DNA of 32,000 bases from Promethearchaeota archaeon (GCA_016933055.1 JAFGBS010000028.1:60001-92000), one strand, 5' to 3'; counted from the stretch's first letter, positions 8,474-18,311 are shown. The notes: generated by a model not told the origin, from the sequence alone. A program made the numbers and translations.

Positions 8474-9205
8474 ATGGGATTACCCGCTGATACCGCTTTT
8501 AACCTAGTTTGGGATTTTTCGAATTTTCAATGGTATATGGTTCCTTTTTTACTCGTCGTAATTTATATGATTTCTAAAGAGGTGCAAAAAGAGAACTGGT
8601 CTGCCATATTGGCAGCTATAGCTTTTTGGTTGATGGATTGGGTGAATGAGTTATGGAATGCAGTTATTTACCATTTCAAAGGAGCGCCATTTTGGAGTAC
8701 CCCTGGAGTACCAATTGCTCCAGGAGTGTACGCACCTAATAGTTCCCTTGTTATACTTGTCGGTTTAAATATCGAGATCACCTTTATGTTCCTCATGATG
8801 GGCTTTGTCTCGACGAAAATGTTTAAAGGAACGATTCAAGAAGAATTGAGAATAAGTGATTCAGCTGAACAAAAACTGTATAGACGAAAACGAATTACCA
8901 ACCGAATATTGATCATCCTATCAATGGCAGCTTTGTGCGTTATTGTTGAAATAATTCTTAACTTAATTGGGATTTTAGTTTGGGAATGGAACGGAGCCGG
9001 ATCACAACCCAATTTATGGAGTATTAGTAACCCTATTCTCATTTATATTATCGGGTATCTCCCCTTTTGGGGTATGTCTGCGTTGATATATGACATGAAG
9101 AAACGGTGGTTACAGGTAGTTATTGTCGGTACAATGAGTATTATTGTAATTATCGCTTTCGTTACCATGGCTTTCCTTGGTTGGTTAGCTCCTCCAATAA
9201 TATAA
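8474..9205 (+). CDS. Uncharacterised multi-pass membrane protein, paralog A
   Basis: 243 aa, about 6-7 TM segments. Shares FQWY, W..E..NA.I.HF.G and LVG..IE..FMF with 11455..12084. GGAG Shine-Dalgarno at 8461. Confidence 0.75.
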   Translation: MGLPADTAFNLVWDFSNFQWYMVPFLLVVIYMISKEVQKENWSAILAAIAFWLMDWVNELWNAVIYHFKGAPFWSTPGVPIAPGVYAPNSSLVILVGLNIEITFMFLMMGFVSTKMFKGTIQEELRISDSAEQKLYRRKRITNRILIILSMAALCVIVEIILNLIGILVWEWNGAGSQPNLWSISNPILIYIIGYLPFWGMSALIYDMKKRWLQVVIVGTMSIIVIIAFVTMAFLGWLAPPII

Positions 9206-9217
9206 AATTAACATTAA

Positions 9218-11329
9218 TTATTCCTTTTTTGCACGATTCTGACGTTGATACAGTTCCCAACTGCTAATTATTTTTTCTTCTTGCTCGTCCTCCAGTACGC
9301 CTTCTTCAAATACTCCCTCTTCTTGTATTTCATCTAAAAAAATACTTCCATCGGGAATGGTTTTATTCATAGGTTGCCTGACATATAATGGATGGGTCAA
9401 GTACAAGAATTTCTTTGCTCGTGTAGTAGCGACATAAAACAATCTTCTTTCCTCTTCTAGAGCGTAAATATCTTTTTCTCCATAATCTCCAAAAATCTGA
9501 CTACTAGGCATTCTTCCATTGACAAGATTAATCAGATATACGACATCCCATTCCAGACCCTTCGCTTGGTGAATAGTGGACAGTACTAACGGTTTCACTT
9601 TATTTTTATTCTCTTTTTTTCTGCTGACTAAGTCGGTTTGTGTAATAATATCTTCTAAAAAAGACGAGATAGAGGAATAGGAAGAGGAGAATTCTAAAAT
9701 GGAATCAAAATCTAGACTTCGTTCCTTATAATCAGTTGGATATCGGATTTTTAAATATGGAGTTATATAAGCTTTAATTTTTTCTATAACAATTGGTAGA
9801 CTGGCAATTTTCTTATTAGATAATAATAGATACGGTTTGGTGGAGGTATCAAACATGATCGTCTGAAAAAGTTTCTGCAATTTAATTAACCCGGATAATC
9901 CCTTTGTTTGTACTCTTTTTCCCTTCATAATAGTGGATAAATCTGCATTCACAAATTCCACTAATACATTCTTATTTGGAAGAAATTCGTTCAAAACTTT
10001 TTGTGCTGCAACATCAGAGATTCCGGGATGCATACTCAGAACTCGCAACCACTGAATTCGATCCATAGGATTGGTGAAGATAATCAGATAAGCAAGTAAG
10101 TCCTTAATATGAGCTTTTTCAAAAAACCGAAGTCCCGCACGAATTTCATATGGGATTTTATGCATAAGAAGTTGTTGTTCTATGGGTATTGAATGAAATG
10201 CTGAACGAAATAAAACGGCTTGTTTGTGTAAAGGAATTCCATTCGATTGATGATCTTCAATTGTTTGGATTATAAATCGGGATTCTTTTTCTACATCTTC
10301 ACAATCTACTTGTAGGGGGAGTTCTCCTGATACTAGAGTAGTTCGGAGTAGTTTTTTAAATTGTTTTTTATTATGTTGAATACTACTGTTAGCAAGTTTA
10401 AGTATTTCGGGTGTACTGCGAAAATTCTCCTCTAATTTATACTCGATGCACGTCGGATTATCCTTTGGAAAATTCAACATGTGAGAAAAGTCAGCTCCTC
10501 TGAATCGATAAATTGCTTGAGCATCATCTCCAACTACCACGAGTGATTTTGCCTTTTCCGATAAAAAATCGATAATTTTCGCTTGAACCGCATTCACATC
10601 TTGATATTCATCCACAAGAACATGCTGTATTTGTTTTTTGAAGTTTTTTGATGACTCTTCTTGGAGAAATTTTAGAAAATAGAGCATTAAATCATCGAAA
10701 TCTAACTGATTATAACGATGTTTGGCTTTATCATACTCAATTAACACTTTTTGGATAGTTGGAAGTGATGATTTATATTGGGGGAAATCTCTCCGCAAAG
10801 TTTCCTTTAAAGTGAGTGCACGATTGATCTGCTTTGAGTATATCTTCACCATACGGGCAGAATTTGGATGCTTCTTTCTTTCTTCTTTGTTCAATACTTG
10901 CATAATCACGAGTTTCATTAATGTCTTTTGATCTGATTCATCCATTACACTGAAATTGTTCTGTAATCCAATAGTGTGCCCATATTTGTGTAATGTTTGG
11001 TTTGCTATATGATGGAAAGTGCCTGCAATACATCGACTTCCTTTTTTTCCAACCAATTTAGTCACCCGTCCGATCATCTCTTGTGCTGCTTTCTTAGTAA
11101 ACGTGACTAACACAATCGATTCGGGAGAAATTCCACTTTCAATTAAATAAGCAACTCGGTATGTTAATGCTCGTGTTTTCCCAGATCCCGCTCCAGCAAT
11201 CACTAATGCTGGACCACTTTTATGAGTTACAACATTATGTTGCTCTACATTCAGTTCTTGTTTGTACATATCTGGGTTGGGAATTTGAACTATACTTGGA
11301 TCATGTTTTAAGATGATTTTTTTTGGCAT
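9218..11329 (-). CDS. uvrD: UvrD/PcrA/Rep superfamily 1 DNA helicase
   Basis: Motif I AGAGSGKT, motif II VDEYQD, motif III VVGDDAQAIYRFRGA, LEENFRST, STIHQAKGLEW, and motif VI EERRLFYVATTRAK. Confidence 0.93.
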   Translation of the reverse strand: MPKKIILKHDPSIVQIPNPDMYKQELNVEQHNVVTHKSGPALVIAGAGSGKTRALTYRVAYLIESGISPESIVLVTFTKKAAQEMIGRVTKLVGKKGSRCIAGTFHHIANQTLHKYGHTIGLQNNFSVMDESDQKTLMKLVIMQVLNKEERKKHPNSARMVKIYSKQINRALTLKETLRRDFPQYKSSLPTIQKVLIEYDKAKHRYNQLDFDDLMLYFLKFLQEESSKNFKKQIQHVLVDEYQDVNAVQAKIIDFLSEKAKSLVVVGDDAQAIYRFRGADFSHMLNFPKDNPTCIEYKLEENFRSTPEILKLANSSIQHNKKQFKKLLRTTLVSGELPLQVDCEDVEKESRFIIQTIEDHQSNGIPLHKQAVLFRSAFHSIPIEQQLLMHKIPYEIRAGLRFFEKAHIKDLLAYLIIFTNPMDRIQWLRVLSMHPGISDVAAQKVLNEFLPNKNVLVEFVNADLSTIMKGKRVQTKGLSGLIKLQKLFQTIMFDTSTKPYLLLSNKKIASLPIVIEKIKAYITPYLKIRYPTDYKERSLDFDSILEFSSSYSSISSFLEDIITQTDLVSRKKENKNKVKPLVLSTIHQAKGLEWDVVYLINLVNGRMPSSQIFGDYGEKDIYALEEERRLFYVATTRAKKFLYLTHPLYVRQPMNKTIPDGSIFLDEIQEEGVFEEGVLEDEQEEKIISSWELYQRQNRAKKE

Positions 11330-11441
11330 AACTTTCTCACAACTAAATAATATGGATATACTGCAATTGCAAATTAAGACTTCGGAGTGCTTTTTAGGAT
11401 CTTCAATCTAGGAAAACTTTATTTGAGTTTTAAATCAATTT

Positions 11442-11448
11442 GAGGTGA
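11442..11448 (+). promoter_or_regulatory. Shine-Dalgarno GAGGTGA
   Basis: Lies 6 nt before ATG 11455. A similar AGGTGA (25360-25365, minus strand) precedes GTG 25352. Confidence 0.7.
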
Positions 11449-11454
11449 TAAAAA

Positions 11455-12084
11455 ATGACACAACTAGCTTTAGATCAACTTCGTGCAATGGATCAGTTTC
11501 AATGGTACGTTATTTTTATGTTCGTGGTAGTTCTTTATATCTATTTCTCGGAAGCCAAGAAAAAGAACTTTAATGCGATATTCTCCGCACTCATACTGTA
11601 TACAATTCATTGGTTTGTAGAAATAATCAACGCTTTAATTCAGCACTTTACTGGAGATGCATTATGGGCAGTCCCTGCGGGAAGTGCATTCGTACTTTTG
11701 GTAGGAGTTGGGATAGAACTCTCTTTTATGTTCAGTATTGCTGGTATCGTACAGACGAAACTTCTACCTGACGATCCGAAAAAGAAAATCCTTGGTTTAC
11801 CTGCTCCTTTAGCAATCGGGCTCGGTAATGCTGCGCTAGCCTCAATTCTTGAAATTTTCTTATCGAGAACAAATGTATTTTTTTGGGCATACTGGCCGTG
11901 GTGGTCAACATGGACAGTATTCTTGACCGTTTACATTCCATTCTTTGTAGTATCTGCATACGCCTATTATTGGAAGAGAAAGTCTCAACTCTGGTTTTTG
12001 ATTATTGGTGCTATAGTAAATATCTCGATGCTTATTGCGTTTATACTCATTCCGTGGTTAATAACTGGGAAAGCTATGATATAG
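11455..12084 (+). CDS. Uncharacterised multi-pass membrane protein, paralog B
   Basis: 209 aa, homologous to 8474..9205, with a strong Shine-Dalgarno site. Confidence 0.75.
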   Translation: MTQLALDQLRAMDQFQWYVIFMFVVVLYIYFSEAKKKNFNAIFSALILYTIHWFVEIINALIQHFTGDALWAVPAGSAFVLLVGVGIELSFMFSIAGIVQTKLLPDDPKKKILGLPAPLAIGLGNAALASILEIFLSRTNVFFWAYWPWWSTWTVFLTVYIPFFVVSAYAYYWKRKSQLWFLIIGAIVNISMLIAFILIPWLITGKAMI

Positions 12085-12094
12085 GTGCGGAAAA

Positions 12095-12748
12095 ATGGTA
12101 AAGAAAGAAAATATGGCAGCAATAACGATAACTTCATTGGTAATTTACGTAGTATTCATCACCCTAGCGATTCTGTTATATACTGGTGGTATAAAAACCG
12201 ATCTTTTAAAAATAAAATATTCATTTTGGGGCAACAGTCTAAGTGACTTAGGAATGATTACAGGCTATAATGGTCTCTCAAATCTCTACTCCATGGTACT
12301 ATTTACCATTGGAACATCAATGTTGGGATTAAGTTTCATCCCATTTAGCCTATCCTTCCCCGAATTATTTAATGAAAATAGAGTTTCTTGGATTCTGGCT
12401 TTTATCGGAAGTATATTGGGTTATTTAGTTGCTGCAGGAATGATTGGAATTGCTTTTACGCCACATACGACATTTCCTACAATCCATATGATAAGTGTGT
12501 ATATTGCATATGCGTCATTGTTTTTCTCGACAGTTCTTTACTCCATTGCGATTTTTATTTATAAAAAGATACATAATGTATATGGGATTATCGCGGCTTT
12601 ATTTTCAGTAATATTCCTCGGTACTCTTATAATGGGTTTATTTGGATTAGATGGAATGACAAACATAATGGAAATCAGTCAGAAAGTAGGAAGGGGCTTA
12701 ACCATTATAACGTATATCGTTCTAAGCATCCCTCTCCTGAAAGAATGA
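12095..12748 (+). CDS. DUF998-like membrane protein
   Basis: About 6 TM segments, with a WGNSLSDLG motif after TM1 and an FP.IH segment. Lies 10 nt downstream of the previous gene, so probably co-transcribed. Confidence 0.6.
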   Translation: MVKKENMAAITITSLVIYVVFITLAILLYTGGIKTDLLKIKYSFWGNSLSDLGMITGYNGLSNLYSMVLFTIGTSMLGLSFIPFSLSFPELFNENRVSWILAFIGSILGYLVAAGMIGIAFTPHTTFPTIHMISVYIAYASLFFSTVLYSIAIFIYKKIHNVYGIIAALFSVIFLGTLIMGLFGLDGMTNIMEISQKVGRGLTIITYIVLSIPLLKE

Positions 12749-12765
12749 ATAAAATTAATTTCTTT

Positions 12766-13803
12766 TTATTTACGATGAGGTTCAACAATGATTTTTATCC
12801 ATCTCTCACGATCGTAGTAAATAAATGCGTTTACAGCTTCTTCTAAAGTTATACGTTTGGTAATCAGACTTTCTGTATCTAATTTCTTATACCCATTCGT
12901 ACCTGCGATTATGTCTAATGCTGGTAACCAATAATCCTCATTATCTTTGGAATTGACCATTGCTTCGGGATAAACCAACTCAACCCCCTTTTTTCGACAA
13001 TTCACATAAGGAATGTATTGCATTTTTTGGGCTCCAAAAACCATCACCCGATAGCCCGACTCCACTAAATCGATTGCTTGGAGGAGAGTTTCATTTTTTC
13101 CGACCATTTCAAAAACTGCGTGCACTTCTCCAAACACTTCCTTGATCTGGTTGACCACCGTATAATTTCCATGGTTGGCTCGTTTAAATTGATTCGGGTC
13201 AAAGATTTTTGCACCCCATTTTTTCGCAAGGGTTCTTTTATGAATATAGGGATCCGATGCAGCCACTTCAATTCCGTTGTTTCGCAGAATTTGAGTTAAA
13301 ATTAGCCCAATCGGACCTAATCCCAAGATTACTGCTTTTTTTTCCCCCTCTATTCGCTCTAATTCCGCCCGTTTATAACAATTATATGCACAACCAACAG
13401 CGTCAGCAAAACTGATCTCCTCTACAGTCATATCATTTCGGACAATTGGTAGTTTTAATTCTTTCTCATCTTTTCCATGACCAACCACATTCACGTGGGT
13501 GGAGTATTCTGCGTACCCTGCACCCATTCGAGCTAAGTGATCTCCTTCATATATTCCCTCCACATCTTTTCCCACTTCTATGGCTATTGCACCGGTCTCG
13601 TGTCCATGACCTCCAGGACCGTCGGCTACTATCCAATGGTCTCCTTCGAAAATTCCAACATCCGATCCGCAGATACCTACTGCCTCTATTTTTGCTAAGA
13701 CTTCATCATGTTTTGGGTTTGGAATATCAACATGTAACAAGTTCACGTGCCAAGGTTCTGGAAAAATTAATGCACGCATCTTGCCACCTTCCATTTCAAA
13801 CAC
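12766..13803 (-). CDS. Zn-dependent medium-chain dehydrogenase (sorbitol/threonine dehydrogenase-like)
   Basis: GICGSD, GHE and Rossmann GLGPIG motifs. The four-Cys structural Zn loop is absent. Confidence 0.85.
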   Translation of the reverse strand: MFEMEGGKMRALIFPEPWHVNLLHVDIPNPKHDEVLAKIEAVGICGSDVGIFEGDHWIVADGPGGHGHETGAIAIEVGKDVEGIYEGDHLARMGAGYAEYSTHVNVVGHGKDEKELKLPIVRNDMTVEEISFADAVGCAYNCYKRAELERIEGEKKAVILGLGPIGLILTQILRNNGIEVAASDPYIHKRTLAKKWGAKIFDPNQFKRANHGNYTVVNQIKEVFGEVHAVFEMVGKNETLLQAIDLVESGYRVMVFGAQKMQYIPYVNCRKKGVELVYPEAMVNSKDNEDYWLPALDIIAGTNGYKKLDTESLITKRITLEEAVNAFIYYDRERWIKIIVEPHRK

Positions 13804-13920
13804 CTTTACGCTTTTCTATTTCTCTATTCGTATCCTATCATTTAAATCTGCGTTCATGAAAGGAACAATATTAAGAATGGTACATTAAAATTTAAATTCT
13901 CATTTGTGAAGTAGGGAAGT

Positions 13921-15054
13921 ATGGTTTTGAAACAAAAAGATGATTCATGGAAAATTATTAGTAAGGAACCAATGGGATCTTATTCTCTAAGGAACATTTT
14001 CCTCTTACTATTTTTAACTAAATTTCATATATCCTTGAAATATATCCCCCGATTGATTTGGGCATTATCCTTGTCTTTTATTACATTTCCAATGCGATTG
14101 ATCGAATCTATTAGGTTTGATAACAAGATTAAAAAGACCCAAGTGATCAAAGATCCCATTTTTATCGTTGGATTTTATCGAACTGGAACCACTTTCATTC
14201 ATATACTCTTTTCTAAGGATCCCCAATTTGGTTTTATGTCAAATCTTGACTGCTTTATGCCTCTTTACAATCTTACATTTGAAAACCTTGCACGAAAAGT
14301 TTTCCTAAAATTGATGCCCAAAACTCGTCCTATGGATAATTTAAAACTTATAGTAGGCGAACCCCAAGAGGAACATTACGCAGTCGCCTCTAAATCCCAA
14401 TTTGGAATATTAAACGCATTAATTTTTCCAAAAAAATTTAGCTATTTTACACGGTTTCTTTCCTTTGAAAATTGTACTGAAAGGGAACTAAGTAAATGGA
14501 AAAGTGTGTATCATTACTTTGTGCAGAAAACCACTTTAAAACATGACGGTAAGCAATTAATCCTCAAAAATCCTGCAAACGCAGCCAGAATCAAGTATCT
14601 TTTGGAAATGTATCCTAATGCCAAATTTATCTATTCTTACCGTAATCCGTATACTTTGTACCCAAGTATGAAGGTCTTTTTCAAAAAATTATTAGAGATA
14701 TTCACATTACAGAGTTGGGATGAAAATGAAATAGATGACAGTTTTTTGAAGTTATTTAATACCAATTTTAGACTATTTCAAGATTCTAAAAAACTTATCC
14801 CTCCGAACAATTATTATGAACTGCAATATGAGAAATTCATAGAAAATCCTCTTCGGTTTCTTGAGGAAATTTATGAGAAATTTCAATTAAAAGACTTTGA
14901 GTCTGTAAAATCTGATTTTCTGCAGCACATTCGGGATCAAAGTGACTACAAACCGAATACACATAAAATTGATAGAAAAGTTATTGAAACTGTGAATTCT
15001 CATTTGGACCGATATCGAACAGAATATGGATATGGTCGTCTAGACCCAAAATAA
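13921..15054 (+). CDS. PAPS-dependent sulfotransferase (Sulfotransfer_3 / Stf3-like)
   Basis: 5'-PSB loop PIFIVGFYRTGTT, LKNP, 3'-PB YRNPY, and QYEKF. Confidence 0.85.
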   Translation: MVLKQKDDSWKIISKEPMGSYSLRNIFLLLFLTKFHISLKYIPRLIWALSLSFITFPMRLIESIRFDNKIKKTQVIKDPIFIVGFYRTGTTFIHILFSKDPQFGFMSNLDCFMPLYNLTFENLARKVFLKLMPKTRPMDNLKLIVGEPQEEHYAVASKSQFGILNALIFPKKFSYFTRFLSFENCTERELSKWKSVYHYFVQKTTLKHDGKQLILKNPANAARIKYLLEMYPNAKFIYSYRNPYTLYPSMKVFFKKLLEIFTLQSWDENEIDDSFLKLFNTNFRLFQDSKKLIPPNNYYELQYEKFIENPLRFLEEIYEKFQLKDFESVKSDFLQHIRDQSDYKPNTHKIDRKVIETVNSHLDRYRTEYGYGRLDPK

Positions 15055-15060
15055 TTAATT

Positions 15061-15094
15061 TAATGCGTTTTATTTGGCAAAAACGAACGCATTA
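15061..15094. promoter_or_regulatory. Perfect 9-bp inverted repeat TAATGCGTT-N16-AACGCATTA (terminator hairpin or operator)
   Basis: Arms at 15061-15069 and 15086-15094, between the sulfotransferase stop and the MFS start. The right arm overlaps TTATAAATA (15092-15100). Confidence 0.55.
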
Positions 15095-15143
15095 TAAATA
15101 CAAGTGACAAAGATCCTTGCATATAGTATAACGAGATGGTTCT

Positions 15144-16472
15144 ATGTCTGAGATGGAAAACGGTTCAAACAGAAAATTAAAAAAGTTCGGAAAATTCGTT
15201 GGTGGGCAAGTTGTGGTATTAGGATTACTGTTCTTCGCAGATCAAATCTTCGGTTTTGCAGAAGCTGAATATCTAAATACATATATAACGGAAGTGCTTG
15301 GTTTCCCTTATAAATATGTAGCTCGGATGGTTTCAATCTCTGCATTAATGGGTTTGATAACTAACATAATTTGGGGTATTGTAAGTGATAACACTCGAAG
15401 TAAATTTGGAAGAAGAAAACCCTACTTGTTTTTTGGAGGTGTAATATCGGGAATTTTCATGGTGCTATTTGCTTTTTCACTGCGAATTGCTGGCGGAGAT
15501 CCCTACATTGCATACATTATTTGTATCATAATTGATGGTGTGATAATTGGAATTTCTTCAAACGCTTATTACGTTGCTGAACGTTCCCTCTTACCCGATT
15601 TAGTAGAACCTCGACTTAGGGGAAGAGCAAATGGAATTGTAGAAATAATCGGATATATCGGCATGATTGTTATAGTTGGAGCTTCAATTGTTACCGATCC
15701 CCTTTTTGGTGGCCTTAATGAAACAGCTCATTTCTTTTTGCTCTCATTGGGTGGTGGAATCATCATAATTGTAAGTATTCTAGCCATGTTGTTGGTAAAG
15801 GAGAAACCTGTTGACAATCTACCCCCTAAGACACCATTTTTCAGAGATCTTGTCAAGATTTTCAATGTTAAGGAGCTCGGAAAAAATCGAGAATTTTTAA
15901 AAATCATTCTCGCAATGACTGTTTTTCGAATAGGGATTATGATCATCATGCCTTACATCATGATTTATCTAATCACAACCTTAGAGCTTCCATTAATCGA
16001 CATGCTATTGGCTATTCTTGCTGCGTTTGGAGGCACTTTCATTCTAATTGCCATTATTGGAAGAATAACAGATAAATATGGCAGAAAACGTTTTCTATCG
16101 TTATTCATTGTTATTTCTAGCATTTTCTTCTTTGGAATGCCATTTGTGCAAGGTGGATGGAATTTTCAAACGGGTGGGGCGGTCAATTTAATTTTATTAC
16201 TTATCTTAATACCATTTGTTGTATTTGGAATATTAGGATTAATTACTCCAATGCAGGCATGGAGTCAAGATCTTTTACCCATAGAAAGTCGTGGAAAATT
16301 CTTGGGCGTACTAAACCTAGTGTTTACTATTCCACAAATTATTGGAGCGCATCTTGGCGCATTAATTGCTGATAATTTTGGCGTGGAATATATATTTTGG
16401 TTGGCTCCAATTTTCTTCCTGGTTTCAATTCCCTTTTTCTTATGGGTAAAAGAGACTTTAAAGAAAGAATAA
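15144..16472 (+). CDS. MFS transporter (GPH/MelB-like sugar-cation symporter)
   Basis: About 12 TM segments, with SDNTRSKFGRRKPY and GRITDKYGRK loop motifs. Confidence 0.88.
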   Translation: MSEMENGSNRKLKKFGKFVGGQVVVLGLLFFADQIFGFAEAEYLNTYITEVLGFPYKYVARMVSISALMGLITNIIWGIVSDNTRSKFGRRKPYLFFGGVISGIFMVLFAFSLRIAGGDPYIAYIICIIIDGVIIGISSNAYYVAERSLLPDLVEPRLRGRANGIVEIIGYIGMIVIVGASIVTDPLFGGLNETAHFFLLSLGGGIIIIVSILAMLLVKEKPVDNLPPKTPFFRDLVKIFNVKELGKNREFLKIILAMTVFRIGIMIIMPYIMIYLITTLELPLIDMLLAILAAFGGTFILIAIIGRITDKYGRKRFLSLFIVISSIFFFGMPFVQGGWNFQTGGAVNLILLLILIPFVVFGILGLITPMQAWSQDLLPIESRGKFLGVLNLVFTIPQIIGAHLGALIADNFGVEYIFWLAPIFFLVSIPFFLWVKETLKKE

Positions 16473-17291
16473 TTATTTTTTTTTTCTCTTCAGGCTGTAT
16501 ACAGTTTTACGAAAAAAATCTCGCATTTCCTCATCGGATGCATATTGGTTGTAAGTTTCAGGATATACAATACCCCCTACTCGCACGCTTATTGTTTCCC
16601 CTCTCTTTTTGAAATATTCCTTAATCAGAAGAAATGTTCGCACATATGTGTGAATTCGTCCAAGTATGTGAAATATTCGGCTGTTTGTTCCCTCAAAGTA
16701 AATGGGAACTATAGGCACTTGTGCCATCCGAATCAGCTTGAATACCCCTTTCTTCCATGGACGGTCGGTAATTTCCTTGGATCCTTCATAATATGTGGCT
16801 ACTTCGCCAGCGGGAAAAAATCCGATCACATTCCCATTTTCTAACCATTCCAAAGCAACATTCGTGCCCCCCATTCCTTTTGGCTTTCCTCTTTCATCAA
16901 ACGGATTTACTGGTATAACATAATCTTTAGATGCTTTGATTTTTTGCAGAATATAATTACCAGTAAACTTGAATATAGGACGCTCTTTTCCTATATATCC
17001 AAGAAGGATAGTGCCATCCAAAAAACCAAATGCATGATTGGAAACCGTGCAAAAAGCTTGATTTTTTAACTCATGCAAGAAGGATGTGTCAAAATTGACG
17101 GTGATGTTCAGTTTTTCTAGTGCTTTTCGGTACATTTCTGGATAATCATTATATGGTACAAGTTTATTCTTATGAAATCGGTTCAATTTATTAATTTTCA
17201 TCAATTGCATAACTATTGTTGCAAGCCACGGTTTTAATCCAAAGACTTCGATGAGTGATGATTTTGGGATAAAATCCTCATGTTTTTCCAT
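16473..17291 (-). CDS. Lysophospholipid acyltransferase family protein, paralog 1
   Basis: SNHAFGFLDG (HX4D-type) and FFPAGEVAT motifs. AGGAG Shine-Dalgarno. Its stop codon directly abuts the MFS stop (TAATTA). Confidence 0.8.
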   Translation of the reverse strand: MEKHEDFIPKSSLIEVFGLKPWLATIVMQLMKINKLNRFHKNKLVPYNDYPEMYRKALEKLNITVNFDTSFLHELKNQAFCTVSNHAFGFLDGTILLGYIGKERPIFKFTGNYILQKIKASKDYVIPVNPFDERGKPKGMGGTNVALEWLENGNVIGFFPAGEVATYYEGSKEITDRPWKKGVFKLIRMAQVPIVPIYFEGTNSRIFHILGRIHTYVRTFLLIKEYFKKRGETISVRVGGIVYPETYNQYASDEEMRDFFRKTVYSLKRKKK

Positions 17292-17386
17292 GGTATCTCC
17301 TCTACTGGTAAAATATTAAATAATTACCATTTTAAGAAAAATGTGGAGTGTTATATTTTCAAGATTTTAGTGCTTATTTCAATTTA

Positions 17387-18223
17387 TCATTTTAAATCAT
17401 AGACCTTTTGCCTGAAAAACTCTCTTTTCTCTTCTGGAGTTTCATACTTATTATATTCATCGGGATAAATAATATCACCCGTTTCCATCCGGATGGTTTT
17501 ATTTCGTTTATTATGCCATTCCTTTATCAATCTCCAAGTGCGTAATAAGGGATGTAAGCGCCCCAAACGATGAAACTTTGGGCTATTTGTTCCTCTAAAA
17601 AAAACAGGAATAACTGGTACTTGCGCTATGGCAATTAAACGAAATACAGAGATCATCCAGGGACGATCTGTGATTTCTCGAGAACCTTTGTATCGAGTTG
17701 CAACTTCACCTGCAGGAAAAAGTCCAACAGGTGTTCCTTTTTCAATTAACCGCATTACCGCAATCGTTCCTCCCATATGTGCCTTTTTTAACCGATCAAA
17801 AGGATTCACTGGAACAAAAAAATCATTCACGGCTTTAATTCTACTGAGTAGATAATTTGCGGTTACCTTAAAATCTGGATGTTTCTTTCCTATTTCTGAT
17901 ATTAAAATAACGCCATCAAGTAAACCATATGCATGATTACTGATAGTGAAGAATGGACCATCGGGTAATTGCTCATAAAATTTCTGGTCAATATCTAAAC
18001 TAATATTCATCTCTTTAAGCGCTTTTGTAAACAATTCCTGTTTCGAGTCCACTGGCAATAATGTTCTGAAAAATTTATTTAATTTAGGTATTGCCATGCC
18101 ACGCATTACGATGGTTGCAAGCCATGGTTTAATTCCAAATGCTTCTATAATAGTGTTTTTTGGAATTAAATCCTCAGTTTTCCAAGATTCTTCTGGTGCA
18201 TCTGATTCTTCCGATTCATCCAT
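17387..18223 (-). CDS. Lysophospholipid acyltransferase family protein, paralog 2
   Basis: SNHAYGLLDG and LFPAGEVAT motifs. Closely collinear with the upstream-listed paralog (KPWLATIVM, EITDRPW) and carries an acidic N-terminal extension. Confidence 0.8.
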   Translation of the reverse strand: MDESEESDAPEESWKTEDLIPKNTIIEAFGIKPWLATIVMRGMAIPKLNKFFRTLLPVDSKQELFTKALKEMNISLDIDQKFYEQLPDGPFFTISNHAYGLLDGVILISEIGKKHPDFKVTANYLLSRIKAVNDFFVPVNPFDRLKKAHMGGTIAVMRLIEKGTPVGLFPAGEVATRYKGSREITDRPWMISVFRLIAIAQVPVIPVFFRGTNSPKFHRLGRLHPLLRTWRLIKEWHNKRNKTIRMETGDIIYPDEYNKYETPEEKREFFRQKVYDLK

Positions 18224-18311
18224 AACTACTTCATTTATCAGCGTTCAATCTTTATTAGTCTTGCTTTTTCTCTATAAGATTCATTACTTATTTGAAGAAA
18301 AGAAGAATGAA

